DNA of 64,000 bases from assembly GCF_006345805.1 (NCBI RefSeq), contig NC_043005.1, forward strand, positions 66,650,001-66,714,000, in the 5' to 3' direction. Under the pieces are notes generated by a model. It saw nothing but the letters and a program-made list of their open reading frames with translations. It was not told the origin of the DNA and searched no databases. The position numbers and the translations under genes were made by a program. Of this stretch, positions 27,449-41,127 are shown piece after piece (positions within the stretch are counted from its first letter, which is position 1; each line of letters starts with the position of its first letter). This DNA is from Octopus sinensis (Eukaryota).

Positions 27449-28710
27449 CAGTGGTCTAGAATAACATTAGACCAGAGCAATAAAACGCAACGTTAATTAA
27501 CATCATGTAAATTTAAACCAAATTCAATGAAATTCTGTCTTAGTATTTTGTAGGCTCTTCTTTATTTAAAATATAAACTTTCACCTAATTAAGCTTGAGT
27601 TTGATCGAATTTTCAATGACAGACGCCATTTTTTAAACCAATCTGTGTTCAGTGCTGCTTTTAAGTCTGTAATTGTAAAAAGCTGCGCGAAACCTTCACC
27701 GGAGATGTTCCTATCAATGTTCTACAGGATCGAAATCGGAGATTTTAATCCCTCTAGAATCTGTCAATTTTTTAACAATAAACCCTCTTAATGTTTTTTT
27801 TAAACAATACTTTGGTTCATTTACATGATTTAAAACAAAAAATGAGCTCTATTTCTGTTGTTCTTGCTGCCCTCAATTCTATACAGAATCTTAGTGTTTA
27901 ACTGTTCCTTGCAAACAAATCGGCTCCCATGTCTCCTTTTTGTTAGCTCATACATATGCCTGCTTGAAAAGGAAAAGCCGCAGTATTTTTTTCGCTAAAT
28001 CATATTATTGACGAACAAACTTCACGTCCCTTTCACAAAAATCTGTCTTGTCCAGACAAAACTTCTTTTGGGGCTTTGTCGTTTCCAAGCAGAATATAAA
28101 AATCGTTATTGTAAATTGATATAACATCGTTACATAGCAGAGATTAGTGTGGAATGTTAATCTATAAAAAGTATTTTATACATTCATGAAGTAGATAGAT
28201 TCTATTAACAGCATACTAATTAAAAGCATAATATTGCTTCGAATTTTGGCTCTATAATTGTAAAAATGTGCTCAAAACCTTCACTGGAGATGTTCCAATG
28301 ATTGTTCTACAGGATTGAAATCGAAGATTTTAACCAGTCCAGAATCTAGACTCGGTGAATAAAAAATCTTTCTTGCAATTCCTGGTTCATATCCAGTTCT
28401 ATGAATATTCTTCAGTATATCAACATATTCACAGAATTTGCAACGCTTTAAGCATTCCAGTCAGTCAACGTTTAATAATTTCCCACCAAGTTGTAGTCTT
28501 TAAACTTCCATAATCTTCTTGCAGATTTCCGGATCATTATCTCACTTGGAAATGTGTTTCTTTAATCTAGCTCTTGACTATGTTATTCAATATTTGATGA
28601 TTAATAAAAAAAATGGGATATTTGTTTGAGCTCTTCCTCGTTGGAACTTTCCATATTGATAATAAATGAAATACTTGGTTGCGTGTAAATCATCGATATC
28701 TCTTTTCATT
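27449..28710 (-). mobile_element. Heavily degraded Tc1/Tc3-like transposon with an internal duplication of about 95 bp
   Basis: TA+CAGTGGTC terminus at 27449; SPDFDPVEH...TITDLKAALNTDW-like C-terminus; 27671-27765 repeated at 28256-28350; second TIR not found. Confidence 0.5.
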
Positions 28711-28996
28711 AGTCTTCATTGTTGCGTGTAATGAAATTAAAATTACTATTAAAGTTACAATTACTCAAAATTCATGTATCTAAGTACAAAGAATAGAAGA
28801 CGTATTTCATTAGTAAACATCTAAACAAATAAAACTAAAACTAAACAAAAAAAAACATTTATTTTCGTGAGGCCCTGTAGACAAACGAATTAACCACGTT
28901 GTAGGAAAATATAAAAGACTGCAGTTCCTTACCTTGAAGCTCTAAATTTCTTCGATGTGCTTTATCAATGTGACAGCAACCCACTTCAGTTGTAAT

Positions 28997-29165
28997 GTAT
29001 TTCCGTCGTGGATGTGTGGTAAGAGGTTTCCTGTCCCACCTCATGGTGCCGAGTTCACTCTCACTGCGGCATGGCATCTTGGGCATGTGTTCTCTACTAT
29101 AGAGTCGAAGCGACCAAAGCCTTGTGCGCGGATTTGGATGACGGAAACACATACAAACCCGACGC

Positions 29166-29228
<63 letters not shown>

Positions 29229-29445
29229 TATTTATATTTCTATGAGTGCGTTTTATCCCCGCCCCCGCTTGATAACCGGTGTTGCTGTTTCTATATCCCC
29301 GTAACTTAACAGTTCGGCAAAATTAACCGATAAAATAAGCATTAGGATTATAAGTCATGGGTTGGTTTATTCGACTAAAACTTTTGAAAGCAGTACCCCA
29401 GCATGGTCGCAGTTAAAAAACAAGTAAAAAATAAACTAAATGACA
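28997..29445 (+). mobile_element. CORE-like tRNA SINE, full length
   Basis: Head, tggcatcttgggcatgtg core, internal (TA)/(TG)n, 3' ccagcatggtcgcag. Confidence 0.8.
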
Positions 29446-30133
29446 AGTAAAAAAATAAACTAAACTTTAAAGCAATAAAGATAAGAGCTACAATTCGTTA
29501 AATGGAACGCATTTTCGTACATGGTAATTAGACAGTATTAATGAATCCGTCAATTTCACATCACACAATTTTTTTTCCTCTATATAAAAGGTATATTATT
29601 ATATTTTTGGATATAACAGAATGAGGTCGTTACCATAAAATGTTTCAGGTCATCACAATTTATATGGAAACTAAATTTGTTGCTTTCCTCCAAGGTGAAA
29701 TTAAACTAGGGATAAAACTTGACACGCAACGCTTCCTTCCATCAATTAAATCATTTCATTGATGCTCGGGAATAATGTTAATGTTATCGAGGTATGACAT
29801 ATTGGTATTTTCATTAGAAATTAATTAAAGATTTATATTTCAGAAACATGCCTTAATAGTTATTGGTTATGGCTCCTTTCTACAGTATGCAAACGTATTA
29901 ATAATATATATATTTTTTGTTCAGGTTTGACAAAATTCGAAGTAATATTATGTTATTAATTGGTATGCAGTTAATAGTATCTATCTATTTCATGAATGAA
30001 CAAAATATTTTTTGTAGATTAACGTTCCATCATATCTTCTGCTTTGTAATGATGTTATATCAATTCACAATAAGGATATATATATTCTGCTTCAGGTCGA
30101 TAATAATAAATATGAAACGACAAATTATTTTTA

Positions 30134-30295
30134 GGTGCAGGCGTCCCTGAGTGGTTAAGAGGCTTGCTTCCCAACCACGTGGTCTTTGATTCAGCCATAT
30201 TGTGTGGCTCCTTGAGCAAGTAAACAAGTATCTTCTACTATAATCCCTGGCCAAACAAAGGCTTGTGAAGGGATTTGGCAGGCGGAAACTGAAAG

Positions 30296-30339
<44 letters not shown>

Positions 30340-30570
30340 GTATGTGTGTGTGCGTGTGCAAGCGCGTGCGTGTCTTTGCGCTTGTTCCCTATCACCTCTT
30401 GACAACCCGTGGTAGTTTCTTTATCCCACCGTAACTTAGTGGTTCAACAAATGGGTCCGAGAGATCCAGTACTAAGCTAAAGAAAAAATAGTACTTGGGG
30501 AGGTTTTTTTCGGCTAAAGCTTACAAGGTTTTGCACCGGGATGGTTGCAGTCGAATGACTGAAATTCAAA
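30134..30570 (+). mobile_element. CORE-like tRNA SINE, full length
   Basis: Same architecture; 3' gcagtcgaatgactgaaa. Confidence 0.8.
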
Positions 30571-30624
30571 ATAACGGTATACATACACACACACACACAC
30601 ACACACGCACATACACACACACAC

Positions 30625-30699
<75 letters not shown>

Positions 30700-30860
30700 C
30701 CAGAGTAAGCACATAAATGCGAAACAAGGCGGAAAAAATAGTATTCGAATACCAGATGTAGAGTAATAGTCTTTATTAAAAAGCAGCAGAAATATCACAA
30801 GTAAGGATGTGATATTTTCGTAATACCTGTGATGTTTTTGCTGCTTTTTAATAAAGTATA
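30700..30860. repeat. Fold-back (29-bp inverted repeat) at the 5' junction of a Penelope element
   Basis: 30771-30799 against 30828-30856, two mismatches. Confidence 0.75.
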
Positions 30861-30864
30861 CGCT

Positions 30865-32400
30865 ATTAAATACTGGTTAGAAAAATACCCCGAAGTTCTC
30901 CGGACCGCATAAACCAGACCTTTGCCATTGAATCCCTGAAGTTCAACCTACAAAACAAATACTTCCTCTTCGATGCAACATATTACCGTTATGCGGTATT
31001 GTGATGTGAACGAAAGCAGCGTCTGTCCTTGTGAACATAATAATGGTTTTCTTTGAATCTACCCTATATGAACTTTCGCTCCAAAAATTTGGACCCCAGT
31101 CCACCAGTATATAAGAGAAAACTGGAACGAGTATCTAGACGATTGTTTTATCATCTGGAATGAAACCTATGATAAAATGGATTTCAAATCCACACTGAAC
31201 AATATAAGCTCCAATATTCAAATTACAATGGAATATAGCAAGGAACAGCTCCCATTTCTGAACATTTTTATTATAAAAAATTCAACAACCAAATTGCAAC
31301 TGACATCTACTACAAACCAACAGACACAAAACAGTATCTCCTTTTAAGCTCATGCCATCCTAAACACACCAAAATAAATATCCCATTCGATCGAGCTAAA
31401 AGGATCTGTACAATTGCATCTAGTACAACCACTCGAGAACTTCGCCTTAAATACCTCAAAATAACACTCATTGAACGTCAATAACCACCCGCACTTATAG
31501 ACCATGGAATTGAACGTGCCAAGAAATTGGATACAAACACACTAAGGACAACAAAACAAAACACCACACCCCACTTTAAATCACTCCCATACATATCAAC
31601 CCACAATCTCAGAAACAATGAAGCAAGCAATTATACAAAATCTCCCTCTGCTCACTGAAGACACGAAAATGAACAACATCCTTAGTACACATAAACCCCA
31701 ACACATAAAGACAGCACCAAATCACTCAAGAGACTCCTAACAAATGCAGAACTATACTCAATACATACGATACCAACAGTTAAAAAATGCAGACGACCTA
31801 ATTGTGGCACATGCCCATACCTAAATGAAGGCTTAAAATTCACATTCTAGTAAGGAGAAAAATTCTCAATTAAGACCAACATCACATGTGCTTCTCAGAA
31901 CCTTATCTATGTCCTAACCGGCTCGTGCTGTGGCCTCAATTATGTGGGCCAAACGAACCTTACTTTGAGACACAAAGTCACGCTGCATAAAGAACAGATT
32001 CAGTTTCCTCAATACAGGCAGATAGCTCTGAGCGAACATATCAACAGATGCGCAAGAAATAAAACGCCGAACTTCCATATCTTTCCATTATACGAAAGCA
32101 AAAATTCAATCTCCTTACAAGAACGCCTAAACAAGGAAAACCTGTTCATACAAAAATACATATCACACCTTAATATATAAAACTTGACCATTTCAAAAAT
32201 TATGCTGAGGAGTTAGTTGTCCCCAATATCACCCGTTACCTCTCTTGGTCCACTCTCTAGACTCATTCATATTTTTCAAGCATTGAAAATGGCGGACCCC
32301 TTTGTCACAAGAATTGATTGCTTCACAATGTCCCTTGAAAAACTAATTTAAATAGCGAAAACCGGTTGGATTTCACTACATCCATAAAATATGTATATAT
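30865..32400 (+). mobile_element. 5'-truncated, frame-shifted Penelope-like element
   Basis: YLDDCFIIW, EQLPFL, TDIYYKPTD, NLIYVLTGSCCGLNYVGQT; same family as 14040-17285; hammerhead-like motif at 32331-32370. Confidence 0.88.
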
Positions 32401-32548
32401 ATTTTTTTTAATTCTTTATAAAAATATATATTAAACTATGTGAAACAAAGACATTTCTCTTCCACTTTTTCTATATGTTTTCCACATATTTTCAACTCAT
32501 AGTTTTGTCACGTGGTGTAAACTGAATCTCCAGTATTTTTATTCCTTA

Positions 32549-32627
32549 TAGACTCTAGTAGTGCCAATACAAAAGTAAGCATATACGTAGTAATAGAAAC
32601 ACCACGCCACTATTTCTACATGTATAT

Positions 32628-32683
<56 letters not shown>

Positions 32684-32782
32684 CATGCATACATGTGTAT
32701 ATATTGCGTGTGTAGTGGAAGTGGCGTGGTGTTTCTATTACTACGTATATGCTCTATTTTGTATTGGCACTACTAGAGTCTG
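32549..32782. mobile_element. MITE-like fold-back: arms of about 70 bp around a (TA)n core
   Basis: 32549-32620 is the reverse complement of 32712-32782 with a few mismatches. Confidence 0.75.
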
Positions 32783-32808
32783 TTCTCCTATTTGCCATAA
32801 AATGTGTC

Positions 32809-33012
32809 ATTACCGTTATGCAGTATTGTGATGAAAACGAAAGCAGCGCCTGTCCTTGTGAACTTAATATTGGTTTTCTTTGAATCTACCCTATATAAAC
32901 TTTCGCTCCAAAAATTTGGACCCCACTCCACCAGTATATAAGGGAAAACTGCAACGAGTACCTAAGACGATTGTTTTATCATCTGGAATGAAACCTATGA
33001 TAAACTGGATTT
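32809..33012 (+). repeat. Duplicate of Penelope RT segment 30982-31184
   Basis: Colinear high similarity from attaccgttatgc to ggattt. Confidence 0.9.
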
Positions 33013-33019
33013 AGATAGG

Positions 33020-33990
33020 ATTAAGAAACTAATTCGATACAGCATGCCTCCATGTTGATCTTTGCCATGTTGTTAGAGTATCGAAGATTGTTTCGTGTCC
33101 TTATACACCCACCTGTGTACATTTAGTCTCTCCGCTAAACACCTAAATGACTTCCCAGTGTATACAGTATTCCGGTTGTCGCAATAACGCTTCATACATT
33201 TTATACTGTAGACTACATTCCTGGTCTTACAGTTATTTTTAGGGTTAAAAGTTATCCATAACTGTGATCTGACAGACCTCGTTTTTCTACGGTCTTAACG
33301 TTTCACGAAGCTTAACGTTTTTCATTAAACCTCCTAAACCTGCAGTCTAATTCTACAAACGGTGTAACCTCTAAACACATCTCCCCATGAAATATATTTG
33401 TGTTGTACCACGTGTTTATTTTGTTTGCTTTATCAGAAATTCTCTGCACTTTTTTCCAATGTTTGTACTGGTTTGTCGTGCGGGTTTCACTGGCATCATT
33501 ACTTATGATCTTATCTAACTTCTTCCTAACGTCTTTGTACACTCTGACTTTATCTCTCTCCTTCTAGCCAAATAATTGCATGAAGTGAATTTGACGGGTT
33601 TTTTTTGCCCCAGAAGTATATGCTGTTCATTATCTTAACTAAATCCGCTAAAAGTGTGTTTATCTTACTGTGTGGTAAAACTGTGTAACGGACGCTATAG
33701 GCTTCATTATTAAAGGTGTGGAAGAGTGGAACTTTGTTGTTTGTGGTCGCTAACCAAAGTTCAGTATCAAGGACAGAGAGTCTATTGTTAGGATGGCTAG
33801 TGCGGTAGTCTATCGCTACCTTGATATTCTGATGGTTGAAGCTACATATGCGCTGCATGTTCTCCATTGCACCCCTTTTGGTTTCTTCGGTATGACTAAA
33901 TGGACGTGATTAAATGCTAACAAGAATATTGACATCATCTACATAATCTACAGTAAGTTGTTCAATTTCAGCATTAATTAACTCATAACA
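33020..33990 (-). mobile_element. Degraded Penelope-like element of a different lineage
   Basis: VDDVNIL; DYRTSHPNNRLSVLDTELW; YTGKSFRCLAERLNVH-like GIY-YIG remnant; many stops. Confidence 0.55.
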
Positions 33991-36514
33991 GTATATTTTC
34001 GACAAAAATACGCTTACAAACGATGCTTAAACTCAAATATTTGTCGAACCTAACAGATGTTTTTATAGCTACACTAAATCAATTATAGAGAAGTTCAGTG
34101 AAATGTTTTGAGACAGAATGATATTTTAACCGCTAAATCGATGTTATGTGAGATATAGAAAGTGAGAGTATGATAAATAGATAAAGAGATATAGAGATAG
34201 GGAGAGGAAAATGAGAAAGAGATTCTTCATTTATATGGTAATGTATTGCTCTTCAAAAATTCATTGGTTTTTATAAAGAGCACTAATTACAAATTATTCA
34301 ATCCCAGCATTAATTAACTCATTAAAATCTGAATTTTTACCATACTAGTTAGTCATAAATGCGCATCAAATATGTTGATTGTTTGTTATTTATATAGTGA
34401 AATTCATCGGTGCTTCGTTAGTACAGTTAATTGCATAGAATGAGTAGAAATCATCTAAAGAAAAGTTTCCTTTTAACGCAGTGGATTAATGAATATCGGC
34501 TCTAAGATCTCGGATCATCTTGAAGAGATACTCAGTGTAACTGCACGCAAGAAGACACAAAGACTACGACATGGTCTCTACCATATGATCTGGAAACAGA
34601 ACTTTTTTCCTAAAACTAATGCTCTTGGAAACAGCATAAAAATATAGTATTGGAAAAGTAATGTAGGAAGACTATTGAGGGTTTACGTAATTTAAACAGC
34701 GTGAGGCAACTGCATCGGGATTACTGAAACAGTGTAGTAATGTTTCAATCAGTATCTTCCCTTTTTCTTCAGCAACGTTGTGGAAAATGTTTTCCTTATG
34801 CTGTTTACAAATTTACAGAACAATTTAGATTTTATATTAAATTTTCTCAACGGCCCAGTCTTTTTCAGCGGCTATTTGGTTATTAATTGAGGCCCTTGTT
34901 CAGAAGATGATGAGCAACCGACCTAGTGACCCTCTTTAGATACATGTTCGTAGAATCCATTGAAAAGTAGTTCTTTACTTCTGTGTTGAATGAATCATGT
35001 GGAAAAGCTGCACCTTCTTTCTTTGACCTGTGTGGTTCATGCAAATAGTTGTACAGTCTCCATTTCTTTTTTTTTCTTTATCAAAGTGTCCAGATTCTGA
35101 GTTACCGAGGTTACCGTTGCGAAGGTATCTGTTTCTGCCTAGCCACAGCATTGGTGATCCTTTGTGAACTGGGGTATCAGTGTAGGGTGACAGTGTACTT
35201 TAACAAAAATTGCTTTTCTGAAATTCTCTTTGTAGCTTAGCTAAAAAAGAGTTCAGTTGGTTAGACAACGTTTGATGTCTTAAGTTTCTATGGTTGCACT
35301 GCAGATATAGTCACTTTTGTCGATTTTGTTTGTCGATGTACATGCCTTTGTTTTTCCATACTCGCGTAAAGGAAACGGATAAGCATTCTTGTAGCAAAAT
35401 ATGGGTTTTGGATTGTAGTAGGACCTTGTTGAATTGTGAAGGGAGAGGATACATTACCGTGTCAAATTTCTTAAGGTTGTGGCGAATTCTGTGTAACCGA
35501 ACTGAGTTCTGGGCATCAGTATCGCTGAAACCAAATAGGAGTGTATTTCCTGTCTGACATGAGCAGTATACCGCTTTCTCTATCTGTTCAAATTTGCTAA
35601 TTATAGAGATTGGTTTAGCCTGATGTACGACTTTGTCATGATTTTCCTCTATATAATGCGATATAAACATACACTCAGGAGTTTTATTAAATATTTCTTA
35701 GATTTATATCAAAATGAATAAGTTGTTTTATGTTGAAACTCGTTTTCTATTAAGTACTTGTTTGAGCAAAAATAAACATGAGAATTTCATTTCTGATTCA
35801 ATAACATCACAACGAAAGATCGGTACCATACCAATTTATATTCACAGAACCCTCTGAAAATGCAAATTTTTATACAAAAAATTAGACATGCATTTTCGAA
35901 TATATTTTTAAAAAAGAATTACAGTTCATTTTCGCCACCTCCCGTGTTTCTTTCTTAATAAGTATGTTGAAAATTCATGTTTTAAATGAATTTTTGTAGA
36001 AATAGTTTTCGAGAATGTTGATTATGCACTATTTCAAATACATAAACCTGAAACAATGAAAAAAAAAGCTAAGGTTGTGGAAATTGGTTTGAAAAGAATC
36101 CGAAACAACTCGAAACTGTTTCAATCTACGTTCTCACAGACATATTTCTCACAATTGTCATTTAAAAGAAGTTATGGGCTCAATTGTCGAGAAGCTGTAG
36201 AAAATGTTCTCAAACAATTTCAGATAATTGCTTTTAAATGGTGTCAATACAACCGTAATTCCCGTGCTTGAAAACGTGTATTTGCAAAGATTCATTAAAA
36301 ACAATGCATTTTCCTGAAATGTCAGATGCCCAATAACTAACACGCTGAATAAACTTAACATTTGTATGTGTGTATCTGTGTAAAAATATACGAGAAAATT
36401 AACAGGTAAGTTTTTTCAAAATAGATGCTCTGTGTGTGTGTGTGTGTGTGTATGTGTGTGTGTATGTGTGTGTGTGTGTATGTGTGTGCGTGTGTGTATG
36501 TTTGTGTGTGTAGT

Positions 36515-36545
<31 letters not shown>

Positions 36546-37440
36546 ACAAGTGCATCTGTGCAGAAACGCGTATTATTGTACGTGTACGACAGTTTTGCGT
36601 TCTGCAGAAATTTGGCTCACAAATTATTGACGAACCTGTTATTGTATCAGACGAAAATTGCCCCAAATCCACGTATGAAGCGAATGCAGACATATATAGT
36701 TATGGCGAAACTTTTTAGCTACACAGATATGCATGCGGTCCATTTCAGTGTAAGATCCTACTAAGTAGGAATGTGATATCAAATATCTGCTAGAAGAGCT
36801 AATTGATATTATTCCTTCACACATCTAGATAGGAACTAAAATCTATCGATAGTTCTGTCACATCATAATCAAACATATACTATGTAATTTATAGCTTAAA
36901 GTTGTCTTAATGCTGGGAGATTAAAGGGAGAGCTTAACATGAAGACGAGTAAAATCATTAAATCTTTATACAGCCTATGCAATATGACTAAACATGTTTT
37001 AGCTTAACACTGTAAAACGATTATATAGCATTAGAGATTTCATCCGAAAAGAATTATTGATACATGCTCGATACTTCTTAGCTATCGTACTAAATTTGCA
37101 TATATAAATATGCAATACTGTTCAATTACTAATATGTATACTTCACGGAGAGATTATGGATAGGTATATATTTTGTAACATCTACCCACGTACATATCCA
37201 TTAACCACACTATGTATATGCATGTATCACATGGAGTCCCAAACTGATGTGTATAAATAAATATATACGGTTAGATATATGTCTATGCGTAGACAAACAC
37301 ACATAAACACACTCACACACTCAGACACATATATACACACACACACATATATATAAGGTCTTTTGTTATAAACATATATATATACATACAAGCACATCTA
37401 CATGAATATAAATAAATATACACATATGTGTTTATGTCCG

Positions 37441-37540
37441 TAAGGCGGCGAGCTGGTAGAAATCTTAGCGGCATTTTTTCTTGCTTTACGTCCTTAGTTC
37501 AAATTTTCTCGCGTTCGACTTTGCCTTTCATCTGTTCGTG
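37441..37540 (+). mobile_element. Partial SINE of the 22.3-kb family
   Basis: aaggcggcgagctggtagaa...gttcaaatt...gactttgcctttcatc. Confidence 0.7.
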
Positions 37541-37667
37541 CTGGAAGAAACCAGTTGGACAGCTGGGTGGATATACTGAGCCCTCGCCCACGAAATTTCA
37601 GGCGTGTGCCTATCGTAGAAAGGATGCACACTAAAACGCGTGGGCGCGCACACATGGGAATCCTCTA

Positions 37668-37908
37668 TTCTTTTGTTTGCTTCAGCTATATGACTGCGGC
37701 CATGCTGGAGCAGCGCCTTTAGTCGAGCAAATCGACCCCAGGACTTATTCTTTACAAGCCTTGTACTTCTTCTATCGGTGTCTTTTGCCGGACCGCTAAG
37801 TTATGGGGACGTAAACACATCATTATCGGTTGTCAAGCGATGGTGGGGGCACAAACACAGAAACACAAACACTCGCACACATATACATACATATATACAT
37901 ACATACAT

Positions 37909-37959
<51 letters not shown>

Positions 37960-38125
37960 ACGGACTTCTTTTCAGATTCCGTCTACCAAATCCACTGAGA
38001 AGGCTTTGGTCGACCCGTGGCTATAATAGAAGATACTAGCCAAAGGAGCCACTCAGTGGGACTGAACTTAGAACCATGTGGTTGGTAAGCAAGCTACTTT
38101 CCATACAGCACTCATGCGCCTATGC
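37668..38125 (-). mobile_element. CORE-like tRNA SINE, full length
   Basis: Reverse complement contains the head, core, microsatellite and tail ggcgctgctccagcatggccgcagtc. Confidence 0.85.
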
Positions 38126-38137
38126 GATATATACTAT

Positions 38138-38355
38138 TTCATTCTTTTTCTTGTTTCAGGCATTTGACTGCGGCCATGCTAGAGCACCTCTTTGAAGGGT
38201 TTTAGGCGAACAAATCGACGCCTGGACTTTTTATGTATCTGTTGCTTGTGCCAAACCTCTTAGTTACACAGGTTGTCAAGCGGTGGGGGTGGCAAACACA
38301 GACGCAAGGACATACACGCACATAGACATATACATGTCCCCGCAACACACACACA

Positions 38356-38386
<31 letters not shown>

Positions 38387-38455
38387 TACAACCAAACACA
38401 CACACATAACGGTCTTCTTTCAGTTTCTCCTCTGTCGAATCAACACACAAGGGTT
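38138..38455 (-). mobile_element. CORE-like SINE, 5'-truncated, directly upstream of the previous copy
   Basis: Tail ggtgctctagcatggccgcagtcaaatgcctgaaac. Confidence 0.75.
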
Positions 38456-39569
38456 TGTGTATCTGTTTGTGATTGTGTCTGTGCGTTGGTGGATGCCCCC
38501 GTGAAAAAGAATAAGTTAAAGTCAAAAACACCGTGTAAAGTATCTTCTCTGTAAGTACTTGATTCAAATGGCTTCAAGGTTAAGTTCACCTTTTGCCCTT
38601 GCAGGGTTAATAAAATATTGAACCTGTCCAGTTCTAGATCGATTCAAAACTTCTAAATCGGTTCGCCAAGATACTGTGACCTTGTTGCAGTATCAGAAAT
38701 CAATGTAATGCATTAATATTTGAATATCTCAAGCAGTGTTTTGCTTTCATAAAAAGTAATTCTAAGAAGAAAGAGGAATTAGAATTGGTGATGTGCATAC
38801 TAATTGGTAACAGTTAAAGAATCGAATCGAATCATTTTTCTTTAAAGGATTCATGAAGTTTCAAATCTAGATATATTACATAAAAATCTATGTAAATCTT
38901 GAATTTTACTTTCAAATTGCAGACTAACGAAGATTAAATATCTTTTGCTGAAGAAGAAGAGAACTAACATGCATATTTTTGTGTGTTCCAGTTTTTTTTT
39001 TTACTTTCCTGATTCCATGAGCACTTTTCTATAACGATACTTTTCTTCATATTTCATTGTTACACACGGCTGCCAAATAAGCATCTGAAAACCAAACATA
39101 AATTACTGGACGAAAAATATGAAAACAGACGATAGTATTAGTGGTTGTTCAACCGGTAAATCATAAATGGTTATGTTAAAGACTCTAGGGAAAAGGTTAA
39201 ATCATTCCTAAACGAAAGATTTATGTTTACGCACAGGTTACGGTAAAAAATCTATAGGCATTTAAATTTGGAGCTATACAAGTAAATAATTTGCGATACG
39301 AATTCACTATTGGCTTTTCGAGATTATATTGGCAAATATATTTGAAATACTCGATAGATACCCATATTCAACGAGACACATGAGCACATAGGCACATAAG
39401 CACATAAACAAATAAAAATTAGGAAACAGAAAGCGGTGATGGTGCATAAATTGTATATATACTACCGTATAATGCTGTGTAAAATGGACGAAGGATGCAG
39501 TGTTTGCTGAATAGTAAGAGGCCTGTATATAAAAGCAATTGATCTTTTCAACACTCAATATGAATCTTT

Positions 39570-39790
39570 GATGCGGTGAGCTGGCAGAATCGTTAGAACG
39601 TCGGACAAAATAAGTGGCATTTCTTCCCTCTTTTTACATTCTGAGTTCAAATTCCACGGAGTCGACCCTACCTGTTATCCATTCTGGCTCGATAAAATAG
39701 AGTATCTGTCAAGCGCTAGGGTCGATATTTTTTTATTTACCCCGTTCCCCGAAATAGCTGGCCTCCAGCTAAAATTTAAAACCAGTGTGA
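39570..39790 (+). mobile_element. Diverged SINE of the 22.3-kb family
   Basis: gcggtgagctggcagaatcgttag...ctgagttcaaattcc...gtcgac. Confidence 0.7.
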
Positions 39791-39841
39791 ACCAATATGG
39801 TAAACGAATGACGGAAGATGGAATATACGAGAATTTGTATT

Positions 39842-39949
39842 ATTTTTCATGAGAATTGTTTCGACACATCTAGCATCGATCTTCACGGGTGGAGCACTTA
39901 ACAACTGGTTTAAACGGCGGTGCATTTGTGTCTCATCGGGTGATAAATA
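39842..39949 (-). ncRNA. Degenerate type I hammerhead-like motif with a long stem II
   Basis: ATTTATCAC-CCGATGA-GACACA...TGTGTC-GAAAC-AATTCT-C-ATGAAAAAT. Confidence 0.4.
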
Positions 39950-40427
39950 GGCACAACTTTTTAAGATAACAGTTTCGTAATGTAGCTTTTCGTTTCGTAG
40001 AAAGAAAAACAGCAAAACAAAGGAAATATCTTCATTTACATAGAAGATGAAGAATAAAACCACAGATTGAAAAAGAAACGAACACAATACAACGAGAAAA
40101 GTATTAAAAATAACATTTAACAGATATGGGTGCATAAACGCCCTCGCGCAAGTTGCATGACTTCTGCACAAACACGTTCACACACACATACACATCTGCA
40201 AAAATGTAAGCTTACGCACGCGTGTGGTTTGGTTCACTCACGATCACAAAGCGAGTTAAATAGCAACTTGGTGTTTATAAGAACAGGGAGTTTAAAGCTA
40301 AACTTAATTCATCCACACCTTAAAGTTACTTATGTTAGCAGTTACGCAAATACATTTAAGCTGCATTGTGTGAAATTACATTTATATGCGTGTTGACATC
40401 TTGAAAGTTTTACAGAAATTCTCTGAA

Positions 40428-40463
<36 letters not shown>

Positions 40464-40505
40464 TGTATGTAGGTATGTATGTATGTATGTGTGTACGTGT
40501 GTATG

Positions 40506-40555
<50 letters not shown>

Positions 40556-41127
40556 TATATATATATACATACATACATACATTCATACATACATACATAC
40601 ATTCATATATATATATATATATATGTATATATAAGTGAATCAAACGAGTCATTGGATTGAATTCTTCGCGTTATTTCATTCACCTCGCTTCACTCCGATC
40701 TCAAACTCCGCCTCTACATCGATAAACGACTTTTCTCACTTGTTGAAATCGATATAATCAATAATTAAAAAAACGAACAAACAAACAATGGGAACATAGT
40801 TCCCTTGTTTCGATTGGAAGATCGATTCTCATCACTATAATTACTTGTTTGTGATTGTGTGCGTAGCTATATACAAGCTCACTGAATTATAAGTACACTT
40901 TTATTATAATGAAATAAATATGAATGCATATGCACGTACCAACAGATATCTGGAAAATATTTCATTCTATGTGTGTTATTATAAATTGTTTGATGGCATG
41001 TAAATTTTACTGATGTTAAGATATAAATTAAACTTTGTTATTAAAGGCTACTGCATAACCGACAACACATGACAAAGTCAACACTTGAGTTGTTCTGTAA
41101 CCACTGTTCATGAAATATTCTTTTCTT

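Noticed and set aside
39000-39090. Possible 80-nt minus-strand exon (MLIWQPCVTMKYEEKYRYRKVLMESG)
   Set aside because: Weak donor, short, unrecognised and out of phase with the 53-kb exon.
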